DNA of 64,000 bases, taken from NCBI GenBank assembly GCA_046758365.1, contig JBHIAC010000001.1:64001-128000 (forward strand). The letters run 5' to 3'. The notes beneath the pieces were generated by a model. The model ran no database searches. It was not told where the DNA came from and saw only the letters and a list, made by a program, of their open reading frames with translations. Position numbers and translations under genes: made by a program. This document shows positions 29,927 through 40,013 of the stretch, in pieces; position 1 is the stretch's first letter; every line of letters begins with the position of its first letter. The stretch comes from a bacterium (GTDB taxonomy: Bacteria; Zhuqueibacterota; Zhuqueibacteria; Oceanimicrobiales; Oceanimicrobiaceae).

Positions 29927-31349
29927 TATTTTTAAAAATACGACATATCTTATTGGCGGCCAATTTGTTTCAAGGATTATTAGAACAATCCTTATCATTA
30001 TAATAGCAAGACAATATGGCCCAGAAGATTACGGGCAATACTCGTTCGCATTTGCCTTGGTTATATCATTCATTCTATTTGCCGATTTAGGTCTGATAAA
30101 TTTTATTACTCGAGAAGTGGCAAGAAAAAAAGAAGATTTTTCTTCTTTTATTACCAATACATTTATATTAAAATCGTTTTATTCTGTTTTTACTGCTCTT
30201 ACTATTTTAGGAATATGTTTTATCTCTCAGAAAAGTGACCAAGTAGTTATCATTGTATCCATTATTTTATTGGCCAGTATCATTGACTCTTTTATACTCG
30301 TTTTGAAGGCAGTTTTACAAGCGTTTGAAAAGATGGAGTATGAAGCAATAAGCGGAATACTTAAAAGTCTAATCATAACGGTATTTGCCGTTACCTTAAT
30401 TTATTTTGAGCTTAAACTTCAAATCGTTGTGTTAGCATTCTTGATTGGACAAGTGTTTGAAGCCCTGTATTTGATTAAAATATATAAGGCAAAGTTTGGT
30501 AAAATATTCTCACGCCCCACTCTTTCACATTTGCCTAGTCTTGTAAAGAAAGCTCTGCCGTTTGGATGGCAACAAATCTTTGCTACCTTTTATACCTATG
30601 CGGATCGTTCTTTAATTTCATTTATTAAAGGGGATGAAGCCGTAGGTTATTATGATGCATCTTATAAAACAATTGTAATCGCTACTTTCATTATGATGGC
30701 ATTTGGAAAAGCTGTTTATCCAACTTTTTCTCGTTTATATGAGACATCTTTAATATCGTTCAATAAGCTTTTAAAGAGTATAATTAAAATATCTGTATGG
30801 GTAGGGATTGGATTTGGAATATTAATTTTCATGAATGCCAAATCCATTGTCCTTTTTTTGTTCGGGAATCAATATCTATCAGCCTGCAATTCTATGAAGA
30901 TTCTTGCTTGGGCTGGCTTATTCTTAATTATCAATTTAGTTTTGGGGCCAATTATTAGAGCTATGAACAGAGAACGTTTCACCGCAAAAGTTGCAGTAAC
31001 AGCTTTCTTTGTTAATATTCTAGCCAATCTTTTTCTAATTAAAAGAATAGGAATCGAGGGAGCAGCTATATCAACATTACTGACTGAATTTTTAGTTTTT
31101 GTACTCTACATTAAATTACTTCATCAAGAGTTTAGAACTCTCATTTCAAGTCTTGATTTTGTGAAACTGTCTTTTTGTACCTCTGTTTTTGCTTTTTCAA
31201 GTTTTATCTTCAAAGACATCTCTTTTGGGATTACAATTATTCTACTTCCTGGCATTTTTTTCGTGTCATTAATACTAACTAAATATATTAGTGCAACCGA
31301 AAGAAAGATGTTTTGGGAATGGCTTGTACCAGCAGCCGATGAATATTAA
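29910..31349 (+). CDS. wzx: Wzx-type oligosaccharide flippase
   Basis: KNT, YGQY, DLG...REVA, DR, VGYY, N..LI...GIEGAA; 14-TM MOP-family pattern. Confidence 0.88.
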   Translation: MNTGNSIFKNTTYLIGGQFVSRIIRTILIIIIARQYGPEDYGQYSFAFALVISFILFADLGLINFITREVARKKEDFSSFITNTFILKSFYSVFTALTILGICFISQKSDQVVIIVSIILLASIIDSFILVLKAVLQAFEKMEYEAISGILKSLIITVFAVTLIYFELKLQIVVLAFLIGQVFEALYLIKIYKAKFGKIFSRPTLSHLPSLVKKALPFGWQQIFATFYTYADRSLISFIKGDEAVGYYDASYKTIVIATFIMMAFGKAVYPTFSRLYETSLISFNKLLKSIIKISVWVGIGFGILIFMNAKSIVLFLFGNQYLSACNSMKILAWAGLFLIINLVLGPIIRAMNRERFTAKVAVTAFFVNILANLFLIKRIGIEGAAISTLLTEFLVFVLYIKLLHQEFRTLISSLDFVKLSFCTSVFAFSSFIFKDISFGITIILLPGIFFVSLILTKYISATERKMFWEWLVPAADEY

Positions 31350-31426
31350 ATGAAATTCAGTGATTGAATCCTAAGGTGGAGTAAATAATAGTATTGGAAA
31401 TTTTATTGAATTGGGAGTTTTGATTT

Positions 31427-32596
31427 GTGAAAGTCGTTTACTTTAATTATGTACACGATTACAAAGAGACTTCGGTAGGGAGTTGGACACATGTTAAACA
31501 ATTTAGTACCGCTTTCACTAATCTTGGTCATACAATATCAGTTCATTCTTTGAATCTGAAGAACAAATCTATTAAAAAAGAAAAAGTGCTAGAAAAAAGT
31601 GTGCTTCGAAAAGTCGCCATGAAATTTGGCAGAGATTTAAAAAATTTTCTAAAAAATTTTGGATATGCATTAAACGAAATAACAATTATTAAAAAAGAGA
31701 AGCCAGACGTGGCAATAATCCGACATAATCCGTATGTACTCTCTTCTCTTTTGGTTTGTAAAATATTTCAAGTGCCAACTATATTAGAATTTAACGCTCC
31801 AGGCGCTTTTCAAGTTAGAAAGTACGAGAATGAATTTTTCCATCTGCCATTTCTATTTGAATTTCTTGAATGGCTTGCATTACGTTTAGCCTCAGCTATC
31901 ACAGTCACATGTAAAGAAATGATCCCATATCTCAATTCATCGAAAGAAGATCTTGACAAAATTGTAGTTAATCCCATGGGAGTTGATTTTGATCATTTTA
32001 ATAACAAGCATTCAAAATCCAATGAAATCCTTCATAAAAGGAATGGCAATTTAGTATTAGGATTTGTTGGCTCCTTAAATCACTGGCATGGTATAGATAA
32101 CTTATTGAATATTATAAAAATCGTTTTATCAAAATATGAACATTGTAAATTTTTGATCGTTGGCGACGGGGTAAAATTTAAAGAAATAAAGCAATTTATA
32201 AAAGAGAATAAAACAGAGGACTCAGTTATTCTAACAGGTTATATTCCTTATGAAAAACTTCCAGATTATATAAATGCAATGGACATTACTCTCGCTCCTT
32301 ATCCTTCAGATATGGTATTCTACTATTCTCCCTTGAAAATATTTGAATATATGGCAACCGGAAAGCCTATACTTGCTACTAAAATTGGTCAAATTGCCGA
32401 AATTATGACAGGACAAAATATTGGGATGTTTATAAAGCCTGAAAATCTATTAGATTTGGAAAACAAGCTAAATGCAATAATTACCGATGAAATGGCCCGC
32501 ACTAATATGGGAAAGAATGCTAGGAAGCTAGCGAGGCAGTTTAGTTGGGATAGAAACGCTAAAGTAGTGCAGGAATTGTGTAAATCGCTAATATAA
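31427..32596 (+). CDS. GT4 glycosyltransferase
   Basis: GFVGS...WHG, SPLKIFEYMATGKP; GTG start with GGGAG RBS. Confidence 0.88.
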   Translation: MKVVYFNYVHDYKETSVGSWTHVKQFSTAFTNLGHTISVHSLNLKNKSIKKEKVLEKSVLRKVAMKFGRDLKNFLKNFGYALNEITIIKKEKPDVAIIRHNPYVLSSLLVCKIFQVPTILEFNAPGAFQVRKYENEFFHLPFLFEFLEWLALRLASAITVTCKEMIPYLNSSKEDLDKIVVNPMGVDFDHFNNKHSKSNEILHKRNGNLVLGFVGSLNHWHGIDNLLNIIKIVLSKYEHCKFLIVGDGVKFKEIKQFIKENKTEDSVILTGYIPYEKLPDYINAMDITLAPYPSDMVFYYSPLKIFEYMATGKPILATKIGQIAEIMTGQNIGMFIKPENLLDLENKLNAIITDEMARTNMGKNARKLARQFSWDRNAKVVQELCKSLI

Positions 32597-32756
32597 ATTA
32601 TATTTAGTATTACCAATAATAAAATTCAACTTTGTTAAATTGTGAATACAACTTTGTAATTGAATTACGATATTCTTGACTAAATTTCCAAAACATTATA
32701 TTTACATTATTTTTATGTCTATTATTACTAAGAGATTATGATTTGTGATTCAATGA

Positions 32757-32772
32757 TGGCACAATATTTGAT
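32757..32772 (+). promoter_or_regulatory. Sigma54-like -24/-12 promoter (GA instead of GC at -12)
   Basis: TGGCACAATATTTGAT; nearly identical to the site at 43618. Confidence 0.55.
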
Positions 32773-32874
32773 GTATGATCTTAGGATTCATATTTGTGAT
32801 TAAAGATTGTTAATTAAAGGTCTTTAATGGTTTATTATTTAATTATTTTTTTCTGAGGAGGAGAAATAGAAATT

Positions 32875-34668
32875 ATGAACAATTTATGTGCTGTTAAAAA
32901 TATATCACTCATAATCTTATTGGTAACAATTGGAACGGTTGAAGCTTTGTCACAAAATAATACCACGTCTTATCCAAAAGTAGCCGCTTGGAATTGGGCG
33001 GGGGGTCGGCCTGAATGGTATGCGAAGTTTGGTCTTGTAATCATTTGGCCAAGAGATGCGACAGCAAGATATATCCATGAAATAAATCCCAAAACAATAG
33101 TACTGCCAACGGATGCCTGGACTTTTCACAGAAATCTTCCAGAGGAATGGTCCATCAGGGACGGAAATGGTAATATAATCACCGGGCTTGGTGGCTCTGC
33201 AAATATGATGGACATGACCAGATTTTGTCCAAAGGTTAACGGGCGCACCTATAATGATTATTTCATTGAACATTATCAAGATTTTGATTTTGTTAATGCA
33301 TGGGATGGTGTTGCATCAGACTGGCTTTGGGTTTTTCCGTGGAGGGCTGATAATGTTGGTATTGATCTGGATAGAAATGGCGTAAATGATTATGACGAAT
33401 ATGGGCGATCTTGGGTTCAGGATGAATGGACAAGCGGGATTCGCGATTTTCTGTCAAGATTGAGAAATATTCTACCAGAAGGCAAGGTAATTCTTTATAA
33501 CCCAGGAGGAAGTTCAGGGTATTGGAAAGATCTTACTAATGGGAAAATAACAGAAAAGTTTCCATTATGGGGTGCTGGTAACTGGCGAGCTTGGTTTGAT
33601 GAATACATGAATTGGACCGCAAACGGTCAAAAACCATCAACCTATTTAGTAAACGCACATGGTGATTATTTAGCAAAAAACCAATTACCAAAAAGTAATG
33701 AAAATTATCGCTATATGAGATGGGGTCTGGCGAGTGTATGTATGGGAGATGGATGGTATAATTATGAAGCTTATCATGAACACTGGTATAATGAATATTA
33801 TGATGAATATGATTTAGACTTAGGTCAACCAACTAGTGAACCCCAAGAGATCCAGAGTAATGTTTTTGCTCGCTTCTTTGATAATGGTGCAGTAATAGTT
33901 AATGGAACAGAAGAGACACGTTCGGTATCAGCATCTGATTTACAGAGCCTGAATGGATACAATGGGCCCTATTATCATTTTGTGGGTAATCAGGATCCAA
34001 AAGTAAATAATGGCTCATTATTTACCAGTTATACTTTAGAAGCAGATAATATATATGGTGATGGTTTATTTTTGTTAAAATCTCCAGATACCGTGATTAC
34101 AGAAATTATTATCGATAATGCCAGTCACCCGACTACCGCCGGGCAAAGTAAAACAAATCTTATTGGTTCTTGGACGCCAGGTAGAGAGCCGCGTTCGTCC
34201 TCGAATCCATATACAGACAACCCCGCCTGGACTGTGGGTCCTGATTGGAGTCCTGATAACGAGGCGGTCTATCGGTATCATTGGAAAAATTCAGGTTCAG
34301 GCTCTGCCTCGGCAATTTTTCAAGTAGAGATAAATGTGACAGGCCAGTATCATGTGTATGAATGGCATGGTTGGATAGGAGATTCTGAAGCTCAAGTAGG
34401 CGAGGCAACCAATATGCCGTATACTGTGCATCATGCGAATGGAAGAACCGGTGGTACAATCAATTTACGAAATAACCCCGGTAAGTGGAATTATTTAGGT
34501 AAATTTCAATTCAATACTGGGGGAGATAATAAAGTAGTCATCACTGACAATGCTGACGGTCCTGTTATTGCAGATGCACTTAAATTTGTATTCGCTAGTG
34601 GGGAGAATGAACCAGTTGATACCCAAGCTCCAAAACCTCCAACCGGAGTAAAAGTTGATAAACCTTAG
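32875..34668 (+). CDS. Secreted putative glycoside hydrolase (GHL15-like) with golvesin-like C-terminal beta domain
   Basis: Signal peptide ending ALS|Q; MRWGLASVCMGDG, Y.DEYD..LG.P, R.FDNG motifs; DLDRNG Ca-type loop; IIIDN...WNYLG.F...VIADALKF domain; GAGGAG RBS. Confidence 0.65.
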   Translation: MNNLCAVKNISLIILLVTIGTVEALSQNNTTSYPKVAAWNWAGGRPEWYAKFGLVIIWPRDATARYIHEINPKTIVLPTDAWTFHRNLPEEWSIRDGNGNIITGLGGSANMMDMTRFCPKVNGRTYNDYFIEHYQDFDFVNAWDGVASDWLWVFPWRADNVGIDLDRNGVNDYDEYGRSWVQDEWTSGIRDFLSRLRNILPEGKVILYNPGGSSGYWKDLTNGKITEKFPLWGAGNWRAWFDEYMNWTANGQKPSTYLVNAHGDYLAKNQLPKSNENYRYMRWGLASVCMGDGWYNYEAYHEHWYNEYYDEYDLDLGQPTSEPQEIQSNVFARFFDNGAVIVNGTEETRSVSASDLQSLNGYNGPYYHFVGNQDPKVNNGSLFTSYTLEADNIYGDGLFLLKSPDTVITEIIIDNASHPTTAGQSKTNLIGSWTPGREPRSSSNPYTDNPAWTVGPDWSPDNEAVYRYHWKNSGSGSASAIFQVEINVTGQYHVYEWHGWIGDSEAQVGEATNMPYTVHHANGRTGGTINLRNNPGKWNYLGKFQFNTGGDNKVVITDNADGPVIADALKFVFASGENEPVDTQAPKPPTGVKVDKP

Positions 34669-34669
34669 C

Positions 34670-34682
34670 GCGGCGAAGCCGC
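34670..34682. other. GCGGC-GAA-GCCGC mini-hairpin right after the stop codon
   Basis: Perfect 5-bp GC stem with GAA loop; partial complement GCTTCGCTG at 34754-34762. Confidence 0.5.
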
Positions 34683-34854
34683 AAATTTCAGAATTGTAGG
34701 GATTTGCTTATTAGTAGTTTAGATAAAAAATAATGGGGTCATTAAGTCATAACGCTTCGCTGTCATTTATAGTCATTGATATTATTAATCATTTTTTCTT
34801 ACCCCAAAAAACAAAGATATAATTGGTAATACCATAATATGGAGAAATAAAGGA

Positions 34855-36396
34855 ATGAAGTTTAATCACGATAGTATTATACCACGAAAAGTGCTCTTTG
34901 TTGGAATTGATGGCGCTACATATTGGCTAGTTGAAAAAATGATTGCCGTTGGAAAGCTGCCAAATATTTCCAGATTAATACAAACGGGCTCGACCTTCCG
35001 GGTTGAAACTCAAGAACCAGTTATTTCTCCATGCGTCTGGACGAGCATCGCGACCGGTAAAAAACCTGATAAACACGGAGTAAAAAGTTTTTTTGCTTCA
35101 TCTTCTTCTGTGGCTACGAAGCGGATATGGGAAATATTCCAAGACCATGATCTCTCTGTAGGTATTATGGGATACTTTGTTACTTGGCCACCTCAAGAAG
35201 TAAATGGCTTTATGATTCCAGATTTATTAGCCCTTGATAATCAAACTTATCCAAAAGAATATGGCTTTTTACACGATATCACAGATAATTATAAAAAGGG
35301 GAAAAATACGAGTTATTTAAAATTAATAAAGTATGCGTGGTCATCAATCAAGTATGGTATCCAAGTTCATAACCTTTTGGCAACTGCTTTGATATTGATG
35401 AAAAAGAAAATTGTTAAACCTGACTTATTAAACTATTTGTATGAAATACGGGTGCTAAAACAAAAATTATACAGTGATTTATTTATTGCTCTATATAAAA
35501 AATATAATCCCACCTTTGCTTATTTTCACAATCATTTACTTGATTATTGTTCACACAGTTTTTGGCGTTATATGGAACCAGAAAAATTTGATGATGTGTC
35601 CGAACAAGAGATTACTCAATATGGTACTAAACTTTTTGATGCCTATAGTGAAGCGGATAAAACTTTAGGAAAAATATTAAAAATTGCAGACAAAAATACT
35701 CTTTTAGTGGTAGCTTCTGATCATGGTTTAAAAGCCGCTGCTAATCCTAATGTACAGTGGCGCCAACCCAATATCAATTCAGAGCTTTTAATGAATTACT
35801 TGGGGATTGAAAATGAAGTTTCATTTTCAAATGTGGGATATGATATTGTAGTAAAACCCCGAGTTGAAAGGCCAGGGGCTAAAAAGAAGTTGAAAAGAAC
35901 ATTTGAATCAATCACTATGGTAGAAGAGCAATTGCCATTATTTCAAATTTTAGAATATGATACAAGTAATCTTTGGTTAAGACTCAATAATTCTATTCAA
36001 AAAATTGATGGTTGCAACATCAAATGGCAGGATGATATACGTCCTCTAGATGATTTTATACAAACAACAGAAATACGTTCATCAGGTGTTCATGATGGTA
36101 AAAATGCTATATTGATTTTTAATGGATTTGGCGTAAAACAAGGTAAAAAATTTCTAAATAGTCCTGCAGAAGTATTTGATATCATCCCTACTATTTTGGC
36201 CTTAATGAATATGCCAATTGGTAAAGACATGGATGGTAGAGCACTGACAGAAGCAATTGCAGAAGATTTTTTGATTAAATATCCAGTCTCTTACATTGAA
36301 AGTTATGATGATAGCAATTTGACTAGTGAAGCCACTCCTGATATGGTCGCTAATGAAAAGTTAAAAAATCAATTACGAGCCTTAGGATACCTGTAA
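34855..36396 (+). CDS. Alkaline phosphatase superfamily (NPP/phosphodiesterase-type) protein
   Basis: GIDGAT, SPCVWTSIATGK, D..SH, SDHG, SGVH, DIIPTIL, terminal LRALGYL. Confidence 0.85.
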   Translation: MKFNHDSIIPRKVLFVGIDGATYWLVEKMIAVGKLPNISRLIQTGSTFRVETQEPVISPCVWTSIATGKKPDKHGVKSFFASSSSVATKRIWEIFQDHDLSVGIMGYFVTWPPQEVNGFMIPDLLALDNQTYPKEYGFLHDITDNYKKGKNTSYLKLIKYAWSSIKYGIQVHNLLATALILMKKKIVKPDLLNYLYEIRVLKQKLYSDLFIALYKKYNPTFAYFHNHLLDYCSHSFWRYMEPEKFDDVSEQEITQYGTKLFDAYSEADKTLGKILKIADKNTLLVVASDHGLKAAANPNVQWRQPNINSELLMNYLGIENEVSFSNVGYDIVVKPRVERPGAKKKLKRTFESITMVEEQLPLFQILEYDTSNLWLRLNNSIQKIDGCNIKWQDDIRPLDDFIQTTEIRSSGVHDGKNAILIFNGFGVKQGKKFLNSPAEVFDIIPTILALMNMPIGKDMDGRALTEAIAEDFLIKYPVSYIESYDDSNLTSEATPDMVANEKLKNQLRALGYL

Positions 36397-36563
36397 GAAT
36401 AAATTAAATGGGATTGAAAGATTGGATTTTTGATGAACAGGTGAATGCAAAACTTTGAAACACCTTACAAACAGGTCTTACCAAAATATCTTTTTTAGGA
36501 CTCCCTCACAGCCCAAGCAATAATAAAGAAATTTGCAAACTTTGCACTTTGGAGGAAGAGTAA

Positions 36564-37247
36564 ATGAACAAGCTTCAAACATTTCAAGAATTTTTAGCAA
36601 CACAAAGTGTGCAAGTTCCAATTTCGGGATTTGTGTTTAATCTGTTCATGGCGGCTATTCTGTCATTCTTCTTGAGTCGTATATATGTAAAATATGGCCA
36701 TTCGCTCTCTAATCGCAGGATGTTTGCAGGAAATTTTATTCTGATCACATTAACTACCATGCTGATCATTACTATTGTTAAGTCGTCTTTAGCTTTGTCT
36801 TTAGGGCTTGTTGGAGCCCTATCCATTGTGAGATTCCGGGCGGCTATTAAAGAGCCTGAGGAATTGTCGTATTTGTTTCTTACGATTGGTTTAGGCTTAG
36901 GGTTTGGTGCAGATCAAAGATTAATCACCGTTGTTGCGTTTGTTATTATCATTGGAATTATTTGGCTTAAAAACTTTTCTAACAAATCAGATGAAAATCA
37001 AAATCTGTATTTATCAATTACCAGCCACAATCCTCATAAGATTGAGTTGGAGCAAATCGTCGAAACATTGAAAAAGCATTGTTCTAACGTCAATGTAAAG
37101 CGATTTGATGAAACTAAAGAATTGATTGAAGCTTCATTTCTTGTTGAATTTGATGATCTTAACCAATTGCAAGAAACCAAATATGAATTGCAAAAATTAA
37201 ATGATTCAATCAAAATAACTTTTTTGGATAATAAAGGAATTTCTTAA
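36564..37247 (+). CDS. DUF4956 family membrane protein
   Basis: SSLALSLGLVGALSIVRFRAAIKEP signature; GGAGG RBS. Confidence 0.9.
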   Translation: MNKLQTFQEFLATQSVQVPISGFVFNLFMAAILSFFLSRIYVKYGHSLSNRRMFAGNFILITLTTMLIITIVKSSLALSLGLVGALSIVRFRAAIKEPEELSYLFLTIGLGLGFGADQRLITVVAFVIIIGIIWLKNFSNKSDENQNLYLSITSHNPHKIELEQIVETLKKHCSNVNVKRFDETKELIEASFLVEFDDLNQLQETKYELQKLNDSIKITFLDNKGIS

Positions 37248-37251
37248 ATAA

Positions 37252-39945
37252 ATGATATTGAAGGATTCAAATAAACCTACTATAATATTAAGTTATTTCT
37301 TTAGAATTTTAAAAAGCAATAAATTTATAATTCGTGTTGCCATAATTTGTTTCTATTCAGGCGTAGTATTTTTTTTCGGAGCTCTTGCGCATCGCTCAAG
37401 ATTGATTAGTGAAGGAATGATAAATCACATCTTAGGGACAAGAATTATTAATGAAGCATTAAAACCGCTGAGAGAAGGGATAAAACCGATCTTGTTGGGA
37501 GGATTTAAAGTTCCTTTTAACTATGTTAATAGTTTTTCGGCTAATCCGGAACACATAATAATTGACATCAATCACAAGAATTTTCAGAAGTTGGCGTATA
37601 AACGGGAAATGGCATTAAGAAAAGGATATTTGGAATTTGACGATGAAGATGATAATTATGTTAGCGCTTATATTCGGTATACAGATAAAAATATGAGGGC
37701 AAAGGTAAGGCTAAAAGGCAATATATTAATTGGAATTAAGGGGGATAAATGGCCTTTAAGAATAATTGTAAAAGGAGATAATAGACTATTTGGAATGAAA
37801 AAGTTTTCAATTCAATCACCACGTGAGAGAGGATTTTTAAATGAGTGGTTTTTTCATAAATTTTTAAAATATAATAATTTGCCATGTTTACTTTATGACT
37901 TTATTGATGTTACAATAAATGGTAAACATTTAGGAATTTATGCTATTGAAGAGCATTTTAAAGATGAGCTATTTCCAAATAATAACCTTAGGGAAGGAAT
38001 TATTATAAGATTTGATGAATCTTGGACTTATTATAAATATTTTGTGCCAACCACGATAACAGAAATAAACTTACAAGCCTATACTAGTTCTACATTAAGT
38101 GCTCATAATTTAGATCTGGTGGAAACTGATTCTACGAAATTCAAACAATTTGTTGTTGCTAAAAATTTATTGGAATCTTTTAGGAGAAAAAAACTGAAAA
38201 CCAGCCAGGTTTTTGATATAAAAAAGATGGCTAAATTTTTTGCTATCGTTGACTTGATGGGAAGACAACATCATGCGATTGCAAAAAGAAATATGAAATT
38301 TTACTATAATCCTGTCACTTCTTTGTTAGAGCCTATCGGATATGACCAAAGGTTTTTGCTTCCTGCGAAATATTTAATCGGCTCATCAAAACAAATATCT
38401 AAATTTCCATCAATAAAAGACGATATACCAATCTGGGAAGACACATTTTTCGAGGATAAGTTTTTCTATATTGAATATATAAAGGCTCTGGAGAAAATAT
38501 CAGACAAAAAACTTTTAGATTCTTTTTTTGAAAAATATAAAAACGAATATAAAAGAACTCTTAATATAATACATAAAGATTATCCATGGTATAATTTTGA
38601 TATCGACATTCTTTATAAAAATCAAGAGACAATAAGAAAAAACTTAATTCCTAAGAAAGCTATTAATGTGTATTATAAAGATTATAGGCAAGACACTCTT
38701 AAATTACAAATAAGTAATATACATTATTTTCCTATAAAAATTAACAGCTTATCTTATAATGATTCAGTTATAGTATATCCTACCAAAGAGTATATCGTGC
38801 AGTCTAAGGTGATTAATCAACCTATGAAATTTCAAAACATAGACTTTGTTTTACCAATAAACAGTACTAGGAAAGATTCGATTATCTTTGATTTTAAAAT
38901 TAATTACATGGTCTTAGGTACTGAAAAAATTTTGCAGGAATCTATTTTACCAGTGACCTACTTAGATGAAAATTTTATACAGAATGATTTTATTAGGCAA
39001 GAATCAAATATCAAAGAAATTAATTTTCTAGTGGTCAACGATTCTTTAAAAAAAATTATGATAAAACCGGGAGAATGGAACCTTGATCAGAATTTACTAA
39101 TTCCAAACGGGTATGATGTTTTCTGTTTTAAGGACACAAAAATAAATTTAATTAATTCTGCCAAAATCTTATCTTATTCTCCCATTTATTTTTCGGGTTC
39201 TGCGGATCATCCCATAATATTTTATTCTGCAGACTCAAGTGGTCAGGGATTGGTTGTAATGAATAGTAACAAAACTTCTTCACTTCAATGTGTCCTTTTT
39301 GATAATTTATCAAATCCTTCTCAATCTGACTGGGCATTGACGGGTGCGGTGACCTTTTATGAATCTTCTGTCAATATTACATTATGTAAATTTATGAATA
39401 ACAGATCTGAAGATGCCCTTAATATTATCAGATCCGAATTTCAAATAAATAATACCCTATTTAGGAACACACAATCCGATGCATTTGATGCAGATTTTTG
39501 TAAAGGAGAAATAAATAATTCAATGTTTTTGAATTGCGGTAATGATGGAATTGATGTTTCAGGTACGAATATTGATATTGAGAATATTACAATTGATGGG
39601 GCGCAAGACAAAGGGATAAGTGCTGGTGAATTTTCTGTCATTCATGCTCAGAATGTAGAAATAAGGAATACTGCCTTAGCACTTACTTCAAAAGATAACT
39701 CAGAATTTGTTATTGATGGTGGAAATTTAAAGAATTGTGAAATTGGATATACAGTTTTTCAGAAAAAACCTGAATTCGGTCCTGGAGCAATAACAGCCAA
39801 GGCTGTTTCCATAGACAAAACTAATATTCATTACTTAGTTGAAGAGCGATCAATACTTTTAGTAGATGGAAAGAGGATTGAATCAAATAGAAAAAATGTA
39901 AAAGAAATTCTCTACGGAGTTGAATATGGTAAAAGTAGTCAATAA
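37252..39945 (+). CDS. CotH kinase-family protein fused to a C-terminal right-handed beta-helix
   Basis: N-terminal TM; KVRLKG, GIYAIEE, NMKFYYNP..LEPIGYD; beta-helix SEDALN, SDAFDAD, NDGIDVSG, DKGISAGE. Confidence 0.8.
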   Translation: MILKDSNKPTIILSYFFRILKSNKFIIRVAIICFYSGVVFFFGALAHRSRLISEGMINHILGTRIINEALKPLREGIKPILLGGFKVPFNYVNSFSANPEHIIIDINHKNFQKLAYKREMALRKGYLEFDDEDDNYVSAYIRYTDKNMRAKVRLKGNILIGIKGDKWPLRIIVKGDNRLFGMKKFSIQSPRERGFLNEWFFHKFLKYNNLPCLLYDFIDVTINGKHLGIYAIEEHFKDELFPNNNLREGIIIRFDESWTYYKYFVPTTITEINLQAYTSSTLSAHNLDLVETDSTKFKQFVVAKNLLESFRRKKLKTSQVFDIKKMAKFFAIVDLMGRQHHAIAKRNMKFYYNPVTSLLEPIGYDQRFLLPAKYLIGSSKQISKFPSIKDDIPIWEDTFFEDKFFYIEYIKALEKISDKKLLDSFFEKYKNEYKRTLNIIHKDYPWYNFDIDILYKNQETIRKNLIPKKAINVYYKDYRQDTLKLQISNIHYFPIKINSLSYNDSVIVYPTKEYIVQSKVINQPMKFQNIDFVLPINSTRKDSIIFDFKINYMVLGTEKILQESILPVTYLDENFIQNDFIRQESNIKEINFLVVNDSLKKIMIKPGEWNLDQNLLIPNGYDVFCFKDTKINLINSAKILSYSPIYFSGSADHPIIFYSADSSGQGLVVMNSNKTSSLQCVLFDNLSNPSQSDWALTGAVTFYESSVNITLCKFMNNRSEDALNIIRSEFQINNTLFRNTQSDAFDADFCKGEINNSMFLNCGNDGIDVSGTNIDIENITIDGAQDKGISAGEFSVIHAQNVEIRNTALALTSKDNSEFVIDGGNLKNCEIGYTVFQKKPEFGPGAITAKAVSIDKTNIHYLVEERSILLVDGKRIESNRKNVKEILYGVEYGKSSQ

Positions 39946-40013
39946 TCTCTTGATTATAGAATCTCTACTAAATGCTTACGGTACGAAGAATCGGGTGAAA
40001 GTTCGTATATAGT

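Noticed and set aside
32676..32708. Sigma70 promoter TTGACT...TATATT
   Set aside because: Spacing is 15 or 21 nt, not 16-18, in very AT-rich DNA
34600..34854. Frameshifted continuation of an FN3 domain after the GH-like gene
   Set aside because: No FN3-like sequence is apparent downstream of the stop
36397..36563. TGCAAAACTTTG / TGCAAACTTTGCAC repeats, or a VTC gene remnant, before DUF4956
   Set aside because: Short AT-rich match without a convincing inverted partner; the gap is too small and shows no coding remnant
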